Shown: positions 37,388 to 49,398 of the stretch, piece by piece
How positions within the stretch are numbered: the stretch's first letter is position 1
How the letters are laid out: each line of letters starts with the position of its first letter
NCBI RefSeq assembly: GCF_004010195.1
Contig: NC_057759.1
Coordinates: forward strand, 6,450,368 to 6,514,367
From: Chiloscyllium plagiosum
Lineage: Eukaryota
Length of the DNA: 64,000 nt
Direction of reading: 5' to 3'
Notes under the pieces: generated by a model
What the model saw: the letters and a program-made list of their open reading frames with translations, nothing else
The model's database searches: none
Told to the model about the DNA's origin: nothing
Made by a program: the position numbers and the translations under genes

Positions 37388-38131
37388 TCAGGGAGAACCG
37401 GGGGCTGTTTGTAAGAGGCCGAGCGGAGCAGGAACTGGTCCCGGAACTTGGAGTGAGCGGGCTGGGGGGAAGAGAGAGGCCTTTCTCGGGCTGTGTGTGG
37501 GCCTGCTGAGGGAGGCAGAGCGGGAAGAAGCTGCTGTGGGACATTCTTGTGGTTTTTAATCCCCTAAACTCTGATGGGAATTCATTGTTTGGCTTCTATT
37601 TCATGCTGTTTGTTGCGAATAGACATGGAATAGTAGGTAATTAAATGACAGTATATCTAAATATGATAGTAGTGCCTGTTGTTCTTCCTTCAACAGTTAA
37701 TGTATTGGGAACTGAATATTGAACTTGCAGATGTTGGTTAGTTTTTATACCATAGTAAATTTTTTAGAATTTCGCAAACAGAAAAAAAGACTGGGAGGAG
37801 CTCAGAGCGAGAGTGTAACCAGTCCTTGCTCTGTTCACATTGCCCTGATTAAAAACAAAGAATTACTTAGCTGATGGTGATTTACAGGAAATATCCCTCT
37901 TGTCTTCCTCCAGGCAAATGATTGATGACCAAGACAACGTAATATTTCCTCAGTACAAAGCCAAGTGTGACCAGCTGCTTCTAACAACCAGCAGGTATGT
38001 TACTGTTGTCAGATTGGAGAACATCCTTTCCAGAGTCAGAGTGGATTGAGTCAGATACACATTGAGCTTAATTTCCAGAAATACACATTCAATCCAAGCG
38101 TCAAACACAATTGATGCAATATATTTTTTGA

Positions 38132-38250
38132 TTATGCCCGAAACGTCGATTCTCCTGTTCCCTGGATGCTGCCTGACCTGCTGCGCTTTTCCAGCAACAC
38201 ATTTTCAGCTCTGATCTCCAGCATCTGCAGACCTCACTTTCTCCTCAAAG
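38132..38250 (+). mobile_element. PLE family C terminal fragment
   Basis: ttatgcccgaaacgtcgattctcctg...cactttctcctcaa; hammerhead 5' core missing. Confidence 0.8.
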
Positions 38251-40671
38251 ATTTCTCCCTATACTCAATGCACAACAGCTCAGTTCCAATAAATGCCATG
38301 ATGCTTAGTCAATTATCATTTGCAACATCAGAAAAGGGATAGATTGTATCCTCTTATGAAATTTCCATTCAGGAACTGTATTAACTCCACATGTAATGAA
38401 GGCAATTTTAAAGTTACAGTCAAGGTGAACAAACAGATCATTCTGTTACATTGTTACAGCAAGGATTTCTGAAGATATAGAAGGAAACTTTGGCATTATC
38501 AGTAACTGAGAAGGACAAAATTAATCTTTTGATAAATAGAAGTCCTATGTGAAAGGCACAACAACTAAACAGTGTAAATTCCCAATGAACCTCTGAGCCA
38601 AAGCCTGACGTACACACAACCACCATCTCCAACCCACCCTCTTATGTGTGCTTGCATACATATGCACACACACCATTTTCTCACACACAACTACTGACTG
38701 ATTTACAATTGTTGCAAATTTGTACGCCATCCTGAAATACTCATTCCAACATCTAAAAGTAATGAAAATCCATATACACCACAACTAGCAGAAAACATTT
38801 CATCAAACTGATTTCGACTCTCAGATCTCAAGTCAAAGAAACTTACAGCACAGAATCAGTCTCTTCAAATTATTAAGTCTGACTGATCAAAGACAATCTA
38901 TAACAACATAACAGTTGACTGAGCTAACAATTCTAATTTCTTTCAACCAGCAGTCCATTTTTGTAAAACTATTATGGCAGCAGAGAAGCTGTCAACTCCA
39001 TCTGTATCGTAACCTCATTCTCCATTTCATCATTTTGTAATTATTTTATTTTTCTGTACAGCAAGAAAGTTTTTTTTTTAAATTATTCTGTATGTATTTT
39101 GAAATTCCTTTTGATTTTCTATGAAGAGCCCTGCATTCCTCTTGACCCTCCCTTCATTAAAGTACAAAAAAAAGCAAGTCATTAGAATTGGATCATTACT
39201 ATTTAAAGCATTTCAGAATGAAAGAGAGAGCCAAAATTGGTTGGTTTGTTAAGCTGCTCAATTTTTTTTTCAACATGAGTTGACATTTAAATTTTCAAAT
39301 TCAATTTATTGAACTATTCTTCACAGAATGGTGGAAAATAAAAGTCCTTTTCATTTTCCCCCTCCCTACCATAGAGCAACACAAGAGTCTGCTAGTGGCT
39401 TGCACCAGATCCTGTCCACATTGATAAATAAAATAGAATTGGCCAATTCTCTTTCCTGTACAAGGAACACTGGTCAGTCAGCTGCAATGCAGTTGAAGTG
39501 TTCACTTCGTTGCAAATGGGTTCAGTTAATACTGATTCATTGGTTAAAATATGTCACAATGCAAAAATTGATAGCATTCTGAAAACCAGACCTTGATATC
39601 CCTATTGTTCCCGGTTAGTCTCTGCACTATAGGAGTTGCAAAAGTCCATTGCTTTTCTCCCCTTAATTCTGAAGAAAAGCAAAGATGTTTTTCTGCTGCA
39701 ATGTGTTGCATGTTCAGTTGTCCATGGATCCTACAGGCTAAAGCTAAAGAACATTGGCTGTGGACATTATTGAACGACATGTGCAGTGCTAGAGATTAAC
39801 AGATATACAAACACATCCACTTTCACAGACAGGAGCTGAGTCCAGTGGCAATGGATAGTACCTTATTCGTGTCAAGTAGCACAAGTTTGAACACTGAAGT
39901 ACAGTAGCAGTTACTAAAAGTGACATGTTTCAATTTGGATGACACTGAAGCACTGTGAAACACAATAACCAAGAATAAGGAGCACATTGATATCTCGTAT
40001 CAGAGAGTGAATGAATCTCATTCTCACACTGGGCCTGGTGCTGATGAACACACACTTTCTCCACACTCCACATTGTGTTTGAGGGCCTGAGTAATGCAGA
40101 AGCATTTCCATACTTTTTTAATATAGGAAACACTGATTTATAAGGCATTAAACCCACCTCATAAAGTGTATCAGATCATGACATGCAGAACGGGAAACAC
40201 AAAGCGACTTAAAAAAAGTGTCAGTGTGATATAGACCAGTGCCACTCCTTTAAAGTGATATAGATTGGCAGCACAACAGAAAACTCACTCACACACAGCC
40301 AGTTAATGCTGAAAGGGAAAAAAAAAAGAAATTTAGGCCCAGGTATTTCCAAATATGGACAGTTATAAATTGATTCACCAAACCACTAATCGTTTCAGTT
40401 AGTGTCAGATGTTATATCTTAGTGTCCAGCAGCAACTGATAAAGATTACTGCAGACACAAAATATTTTAAAAAGTCTGAATGCAATAAAATTCAGATTCA
40501 TGGCAAAGATAACATCAATCCCTCAATCACAAAAGGTTAGTGAATATTGATCAAATTTATCCTACACTCAGACCAAAAAAAACACAACTGAACATGGAAA
40601 GAGAATGAAATACACATACTCTACCTGATGCTGTTGCCCACAGAACAAAACTGGTACTATAGTTATCAAAG

Positions 40672-40866
40672 GGCAGCAGGTCAGGCAGCATCAAAGGAGC
40701 ATGAGAATCAACGTTTCAGACATAAGCCCTTCTTCAGGAATCCTGAAGAAGGGCTTATGCCCGAAACGTCAATTCTCCTGTTCCTTGGATGCTGCCTGAC
40801 CTGCTGCGCTTTTCCAGCAACACATTTTCAGCTCTGATCTCCAGCATCTGCAGTCCTCACTTTCTC
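40672..40866. mobile_element. PLE family C palindrome with back-to-back hammerhead cores (40710-40737 -, 40743-40770 +)
   Basis: ...gcccttcttcaggaatcctgaagaagggcttatgcccgaaacgtc...; degenerate 15-bp TSD 40657-40671 / 40867-40881. Confidence 0.85.
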
Positions 40867-41924
40867 CTATAATTGTCAAAGACAGGTAACTGCAGAAATA
40901 ATCTCAAATTATCATTTAGATAGAGATACTGGCAGTGAGTGGATAAAGTTCAGAATCCCAACAGTTTCTGGAAACTAGTATGGAGAATAGGTGAAGAACA
41001 GAATGTCCCAGTCTGGACACAAATGGGCTGAATGGCTGTACCAATTCTGTGACTCTACCATAAATTTCATAATGCAGAAGAGATTAAGGCCCATTCACAA
41101 CACCCTAAAATCTAATATCACAGAATCAATCACAGTCACAGAGAATTCTTTTTCCTAAATTCATTCATGGGATGAGAGAATCACTGGTGAGGCCAGCATT
41201 TATTGCCCATCCCTAACTGCCCAGGGGGTAGTTATGTGTCAGACACCTTGCTGTGGGTCTGGAGACACATGTAGGCCAGACCAGGTAAGGATGGCAGCTT
41301 CCTTCCTTAAAGGGCATTAGTGAACCAGATGGCAAATAAGAATAGATTCCTTGTCACCATTGGACTCATAGAATATTATTGGCTGTCAGCGAATTAAGCA
41401 ACTTTTGATGCATGAGAGTTGAAAGTGACTGGTACTGATTGAGCACTTGACGTTCAGTCACACAGCACAAACTGACAAGGTTAGCTCAATTCCTGAACTC
41501 TCTCGTGGACACAACAAAAACTGACAGGCGGTGATTGATAGCTGCTCTCACACATTCACTCTGTAGAAACTGAAAGGGAGAGCATGATACTTAAGCACAC
41601 AACCCCAAACCCCCACACACACTTCAAAAACACTGGCAGGTACAATCTGATAAATGCATTTGAAAATTTATAAACTAGACATTGACAAATACAGATTCAC
41701 AGCTACATCTTGAGTTACACAGAGCAGAATATAACAGGGACAGATTGGTCAATCACACTCAAATGCACATGGCAGGACATTTCCGAGGAAGACATTCTCA
41801 TTCACAAAGCAGAAAATTATTGGAACAGATTGATAACACGCTATTTCAAATTACTTAAATTGACGTGTATGGTTTGATAATGACACTCTGATATTCACAG
41901 GAGAAACTGACAGGTAGAGATTGA

Positions 41925-42572
41925 TAACAGAAGAAATCAGTGTTACATTTGAGGTCTAGTGACCCTTTCTCAGAACTGAGTGTGTGCATTTTCCTAGCTG
42001 CCACGTGGTCTTCTCTATTCTTGGAAAACTGAGTGTAGATTGGATGTCCACTTGCCAAACACCGACATTCCGTCCAGAAAACAAGACCCTGAGCTTCCGC
42101 TTGCTGCAGTGCTCCAGCTCAAACTCAGAGCAAGCTGGAAGAACAGCACCTCATTTTCTGGTTGGGAACACAACAGCCTTCTGGACCCAATATTGAGTTC
42201 TATAACTAGGGCTAGAGCTTTCCCATGTCATTACCCAGAACCTCTCACACCAGGCCTTGTTGTCACAAGGTCTGCTATTATACACCAACAGTCACTAACA
42301 GTCCCTGTTAATAGTGATTCATCTTCCTCGTCTGACCGTGATCTTTGGATTCTATATCCATCTACCATTTACTCCTGACCCTTCAACATACCCTACCTTC
42401 TGCAGAAAAACTAATCATTTCCTGGCTACCATCAGTTCTCAGGAAGGGTTACTGGACTGGAATTTTTAACTCTGATTTCTGTCCACAGACTCTGTCCAAC
42501 CTGCTGAGCTTTTCCAGCAATTTGATTTTGTTTCTGATTTCCAGCATCTGCAGTTCTTTTGGTTTTCATTTA
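41925..42572 (+). mobile_element. Penelope-like element 3' fragment
   Basis: KLEEQHLIFWLGTQQPSGPNIEF, like a GIY-YIG C-terminus; inverted terminal piece; ccagcatctgcagttc end. Confidence 0.75.
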
Positions 42573-42849
42573 GAGATTAATAACTATATTTTCATATTCA
42601 CAGAGCAGAAACTACCAGGGAAAATTGATAACTACATTCACATGTTCCCAAAAGAAAATTTGTCAGGCAAACATTGATAAATACACTCACATTTACAATT
42701 CGGACCCTGATTGGGAAGGATTCTTAACTAAACCTTCACAAAGCAAAACCTGACAGGGACTGTTAGTTTTTAACTTCTCCTATTCACATAGCAGAAACTG
42801 GCAGGCTTAGATTGACAATTACTCAAACATATTCACCAAGCAGATATCC

Positions 42850-43362
42850 TCAGGAGGCTAAGGAAATTCACCGTGTCTATAACGACTCCTGCAAATTTTT
42901 ATCGATGCACCACCTATTGATGTGTCACAGTGTGGTATGGCTACTGTTCTGCCCAAGACCACCACGGTCAGTTGTGAACAAAGCCCACTGAAAGCAGCCT
43001 TCCATCCAAAGGCTCCATTTATACTTCCTCCTGTGTTGGGAAAGCAACCAGCATAATCAAAGACCCATCTTACTCCGGTTCTATACTCCTCCACCCTGGT
43101 CTGTCAGGTAGAAAATACAGAAGTTTGAATATACCGTCCAACAGATTCAAGAACTGATTCTGTGCTGTTATTAGACTTTTGAATGGACCTCTCAAATTTT
43201 AATGTTATTCTCTCTCTCTCTCTGCACCATTAACACTGTATTCCAGATTCTGTTCTATTGCCCTAATGCACTTTTAATGATATGATCTGCCTGAAAGGCA
43301 CTCAAAATAATACTTTTCATTGTATCTCTGTGCATGAGACAATAATAAATCAGATCAAATCA
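42850..43362 (+). mobile_element. Rex1/Babar-like LINE 3' fragment
   Basis: tggtatggc...aaagaccc...gtcaggtagaaaatacagaag...aacagattcaagaac pattern and aataataaatcagatcaaatcaa tail. Confidence 0.55.
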
Positions 43363-45039
43363 AGTGGATAACTACACTCACATGTCGCAGAATCTGAGAG
43401 GTACAGATTGATAGCTACAGTCACACAACCTGGCACGAAAAGATGAATAAATACATTCAAACCCTGACATTACAGCACCTGACAGGAAGGATTGATAACT
43501 AAACTCTCTTATTCAAAAGCAGAAATTGATAGTGACAGATGAAAGCTCAGCTCACACATTCACATAGCATAAACTGGCAGGAATTGACAATTACACAGAC
43601 ATATTCACCAAGTAGAAACTGACAGCTGTAGATTGATAACTATATTTATGTATTCACACAGCAGAGTCTGAAAGGTACAGATTGACAATTACACAGGTAG
43701 AAATTGACATGTAGAGAATGACAACTGTACTATTCACATATTGACAGGGAAGAATCTGACAGGGATAGATTGGTATTGACTCTCCCAAATTGACGTCGTA
43801 GAAACAGGTTGACAATGACACTCTGGTGTCAAATACCAAAACCTGACAGGTATTGATGGATAATTGCACTGAGAAATTGATTATAGCTAAAACTGACAGG
43901 TGGAGATCAATATCTACATTCACACAGAAGATACTGACAGGTACAAATTGATGACTGCATTTAATATTCATAAAGCAGAAACTGGCAAGGAGATACTGAG
44001 AATGACACACCCGTTCTCAAAGCTGAAACTGACAGGTTCAGGTTGATAACTACACAGTCAGATACACAGCAGAAACTGTTAGGGAAAGATTGTTAAGTAA
44101 ATTCACACGTTCACAACGGCAGAAACTGACAGGTATATATTGATAACTAAACTCACACATCCCCTTCAGTGAAGCACATAGGGACTGAATCCTATTTTTT
44201 TAAAATGTATTTATCAATCAGTCTCTGCCAGTTTCAACTCTGTGGTTATGAGTTCAGTTATCAATCTATACCTGTCAGTTTATAGTGTGTGAATGTAGTT
44301 ATCAATCTGTCCCTGTCACTCTCTAGTAAATACATTTTGGATATTGCAGAGAGTGACAGGGACAGATTGATAACTATATTAACTCTCACATTTGCACGGC
44401 CTATACTGACAGGTACAGGTTGACAGCCGTACTTCCACATTCACCTCACAGGAACTGACAGGTATAGATTGATAAGGAAACTCTCAGATCCGGATACAAA
44501 CTTGTTTTGGGTAGCCCCATTGTGGAGCTGTAGAAGTGTTGGTTAGTATCTGATTCTTAGTGAATTGGCATAGATTTCTTTTGTTACAATCACCAGACAA
44601 AGAGCAACTCAGGCCAAGAATGCAGTCAGACCTGTAGTTCTGTTTGAAATGCTGGCTTGAAAGAAACACAGCCTCATAATTATAAAATGAATATTACATT
44701 GAAATGTTTGATACTGTCAAACTCACTTAATGTTGATTTACAGGGGATGTCTCTTCTCTCATCCTCCAGACAATTACATGAAGGAGCAAGACAGTATCAC
44801 ATTCTCTCGGTACGAAGCCAAGTGTGATCAGTTCCTTCCAATTAACAGCAGGTCAGACTGAAAACATACTTCCACAGTCACAAAGCAGTTGAATTAAGCA
44901 CACATGGAACTCAATTTCTGGAGAGAAGTTTTCACAAGAGTAGTCAAATACCACCAAGCAATTATAACTTTTTTTATCCCTCTCCATTCTCAATTCACCT
45001 CACCCGATTTCCAATAAATGTTATCATTCACAGCCATTG

Positions 45040-47700
45040 AGTCATCGAGACGTACAGCACTGAAGCAGACTCTTTGGTCCTACTCATCCATGCTAACCAG
45101 ATGTCAGAAGCTAATCTAGCCCCATTTGCCAGTACTTGACCCATATCCCTTTGAACCCTTCTTATTCAATTACCCATCCAGATACCCTTTAAATGTTGTA
45201 ATTGTACCAGCCTCCTCCACTTCCTCTGGCAGCTCATTCCTTACTCATATCATCTTATGCATGAAAAAGTTGCCGCTTCGGTCCATTTTAAATTTTTTCC
45301 CGTTTATCTTAAATCTATGACTCTAGTTTTGGACTCTCCCACCTCAGGGAAGAGACATTGTCCCTCATGATTTTATAAACCACTATGTGGTCAGCCCTAG
45401 CCTGTTCAGCCTCTCTCTATAGCTCAAATCATTCAACCCTGACAAATTACTTGTAAATCTTTTCTGAACCCTTCAACATTTCACTATCCTTCCAATACGA
45501 AGGAAACCAGTATTGCATGCGCTATTCCAAAACTGGCCTCACCAATGACCTGCACAGCCACAACATGACCTCCCAACTCCTGTACACGATGCACTGACCA
45601 ATGAAGAAAACATACCAAACGCCGCCTTCACTGTCCTATCTACTTGCAACTCCACTTTCAAGGAGCTGTGAACATGCCTTCCAAGGTCTCTTTGTTCAGC
45701 AACAATCCCCACGATCTTACCATTAAGTGTACAAGTCCTGCCCTGATTTGCCTTTCCAAAATGCAGCACCCCAGATTTATCTGAAAACTCCATCTGCCAC
45801 TCCTCAGCCCATTGGCCCATCTGATCAAGACCCTGTTGTACTTTGAAGGAACCTTTTTTGCTGTCCAATTTTGGTGTCATCTGCAAACTTATTAACTATA
45901 CCTGCTATGTTCAAATCCAAATCATTCACATAAATGATGAAAAGCAGTGGATCCAACACTGATACTGGTGGCACACCACTGGTCACAGGCCTCCAGTCTG
46001 AAAAGCATCTCTCCTCCACCACCAGCCCCGTCTTCTACCATAGAGCAAGTTCTGCATCCATTTGGCTACCTTCCCTGTATTCCATGAGATCTAACCTTGC
46101 TAACCAATCTCCCATGAAGAACCTTGTTGAACGCCTTACTGAAGGCCATATAGATCACATCCACCACTCTGACCTCATCAATCTTCTTTGTTATTTCTTC
46201 AAAACAACTCATTCAAGTTCATGACACACATTTTCAGACACACAAAGCCATGCTGACTGTCCCTAATCAGTCCTTGTCTTACCAAAAGCATGTCAATCCT
46301 GTCTCTCAGGATTCCCTCCAACATCTTGCCAACCACCGATATCAGACTCACCAGTCTACAGTTCCCTGGCTTTTCCTTACCACCTCTCTTAAATATTGGC
46401 ACCACGTTAACAATCTTCCAGTCATCCAGCACCTCACCTGCGACTATCAATGATAAAAATATCTCAGCAAGGTGCCCAGCAATCACTTCCCTACCTTCCC
46501 ACAGAGTTCGAGGGTGCACCTGATCAGGTCTTGGGGATTTATTCACTTTTATGCATTTCAAGACATCCAAACTTTCTCCTCTGTAATATGGACATTTTTC
46601 AAGATGTCGCTATCTATTTTTCCGCATTCTATTATCTTCCATGTCCTTCTTCACAGTGTACACTGATGCAAAATACTCATCCATCCCCATCTCCCACGGC
46701 TCCATGCATCGGCTGCCTTGCTGATTTTTGAGAGGGAGAAAGTGAGGACTGCAGATGCTGGAGATCAGAGCTTAAAAATGTGTTGCTGGAAAAGGCCCTA
46801 TTCTCTCCCTAGTTACTGTTTTATCCTTAATCTATTTCTAAAAACTCTTTGCGTTCTCTTTACTTCTATTTGCCAAAGATATCTCATGTCCCCTTTTTGC
46901 CCTCAGGATTTCTTTCCTAAGGGTACTCCTACGACCTTTATACTCTAAGGCTTCACTCAATTTCTTCTGTCTCTTCCTGACATATGCTTCATTTTTTCTT
47001 AACCAAAACCTCAATTTCTCTCATCATCCCACATTCCCGCCACCTACCAGCCTTTCCTTTCACCCAAACAGGAATATACTAACATCTGCCCCCAATCAGC
47101 TTTTGAAAGTTCTTGCCTATGCTGTCAAAATTAGCCTTCCTCCAATTTCGAACTTCAGCTTTTAGATCCAGTCTATCCTTTTCCATCGCTATTTAAAAAC
47201 AAACAGATTTATGGTTGCTGGCTCCAAACTACTCCCCCACTGACACTTCGGTCACCTGCCCTGCCTTATTTCCCAGGACTAGGTCAAATTTTGCATCTCC
47301 TCTAGCAGGAACATCCACATACTAAACCAGAAACTTTCCTTGTACACAGTTAACAAATTCCTCTTCTTTTAAACCCTTAACACTACAGCAGTCCCTGTCT
47401 ACATTTGGAATGGTAAAATCCCCTACCATATCCACCGTATTATTCTTACAGAGAACTGAAATCGCCTTACAAATTTGTTTCTGAATTTCTTGCTGATTAT
47501 CAGGGAGTCTATAATACCATCCCAATAAGATGACCATCCCTTTCTTATTTCTCAGTACCATCCAAATAACTTCCTGGATGTGTTCCCAGGAATATCGTCC
47601 CATAGTAATGCTATCCCTTATCAAAACTGCCACTCCCCTCCTCTCTTGCCCCCACTTTCTCAGCTTCCTACAGAATTTGTATCCTGGAACATGAAGCTCC
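45040..47700 (-). mobile_element. Decayed CR1 LINE ORF2 (APE-RT-3' end)
   Basis: WRPVTSGVP..LDPLLFIIYVNDLD..KFADDTK; DWKIVNVVPIFKRGGKEKPGNCRLVSL; RGVAVLIRD. Confidence 0.9.
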
Positions 47701-49211
47701 TTCTCTCGGTACATTTACATGTTGATTAAGAAATTTTCTTTGAATTTTAAAAGTCTCTTCTCCATCCAAGCCTTTAGCACAATGGTACATCCAGACAATG
47801 TTTGTAAAAACCTACTATTACAGCCTTTATCATCTTACATATATCTGAAATCTGTGTATATTTGTTCCTCAGTTTCCTTCTGACTGTTGGGGGGCCTATC
47901 ATACAGTCCCATCATGATGATTATCCCTTTGTTATTTTAACCCAGATATTTTCACTGGATGATCCTTTTCAGAAATATTTTCTCTAGTTAGAGCAGCAAT
48001 GTTTTCCTTAATCAAAAACACCATTCCGCCTTCTCTTTTACCTGCATTTCTATCCTTCCTCATGCTTCTCATACTTCTATAATCTATTGAATACAGACCC
48101 AGAGTTATCCTCAATTGCTGTTTTTCTGACAAGTCTTTCATCCTGGGGTCATTCTTGTAAATGTACTCTGGGCTCCCTCCAACACAAGTACATCCTTCCC
48201 AAGATAATGGGCCCAAAGCTGCTCACAATATTCCAAATGCAGTGTGACCAGAGCTGATAGAGCCTCAGCAGTACATCTCTGCTTTTGTATTGTAGTCTCC
48301 GTGAAATAAATGTTAAAATGGCATTTGCCTTCCAAACTGCTAACTGAACCTGCCAGTTAACCGTAAAAGAATTCCTGAACTAGGACTCCCAAGGTCCCTT
48401 GCCTTTGAGATTTCTGAATACTTTCCCTGTTCAGAAAATTATCAACATCTTTATTCATTCTATCAGAGTGCATAACCTCACAATTTCCTACATTGTATTC
48501 CATCTGTCACTTCTTTGTCCACTCTTGCAGCCTGTCCAAATCCTTCTACACCCTCCGCACCTCCTCAGCACTACCTGCCCCTCCACCGACATCTATCCCA
48601 TGTGCAAATGTGGTAAGAATACCCTTAGTTCCTTTGTCCAGATCATTAAGGTATAACATGAATAGTTGTGGTCCCAACATTGACCCCTGTCCAAGTCCAT
48701 GAGTCACTGGCTGGCAATTCTGTAAAAGACCCTTTTATCCTGACTCTCTGCCTTCTGCCAGGCAGCCAATTCTCTGCCTTTACCTTGTTTAGCAGCCTGC
48801 TGTGTGGTACCTTAACAAAGGCCTTCTGGAAATGCAAGTCGATTACATCCACTGACTCTGTGTTGTCTAACTTGCTTGTTACTTCCTCAAAGAATGTGAA
48901 CAGATTTGTCAGGGAAGACCTCTCCTTAACAAAGCTGTGCTGACTCTGCTCTATTTTACCATGCACTTTCAAGTACTCTGCAGTCTCATTCTAAACAAGG
49001 GATTCTCAAGCCTTAGGAATGACTGCGTTCTTGCTATGTAGCCTGTAGTTTCCTGCCTCTGCCTCCCTTTCTTAAACACATGTTGCATTAGCCATTTTCC
49101 AGTCATCTGGCACCCTGCCTGACTCCAGTGCTTTCTGAAAGATCATCACCAATGCCTCTCCAATCCACTCCACTGACTCCTTCAGTTATCTGGAGTATAG
49201 TCCATCCGGTC

Positions 49212-49398
49212 AGGCAGCATCCAGGGAACAGGAGAATCGACGTTTCGGGGATAAGCCCTTCTTCAGGATTCCTGAAGGCTTGAGAATCCCTTGTTTAGAA
49301 TGAGGCTGCAGAGTACTTGAAAGTGCTGACCTGCTGCGCTTTTCCAGCAACACATTTTCAGCTCTCATCTCCAGCATCTGCAGACCTCACTTTCTCCT
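49212..49398. mobile_element. PLE family C insertion with 16-bp TSD and captured inverted local sequence
   Basis: tatagtccatccggtc at 49196-49211 and 49399-49414; 49275-49326 is the reverse complement of 48963-49014. Confidence 0.9.
49233..49272 (-). ncRNA. Minimal hammerhead ribozyme with helix I
   Basis: ggaatc-CTGAAGA-a-ggg-cttatc-ccc-GAA-ACGT-C-gattct; ggaatc/gattct can form helix I. Confidence 0.7.

Larger units (their letters stand above)
41420..44480 (-). repeat. ~48-bp satellite arrays (mostly reverse orientation) interrupted by PLE and Rex1-like insertions
   Basis: Recurring gaaactgacaggtacagattgataactacactcac units. Confidence 0.8.

Noticed and set aside
43365-44160. CRISPR-like repeat/spacer periodicity
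   Set aside because: Eukaryotic context; whole monomers are degenerate copies with no unique spacers and no cas genes
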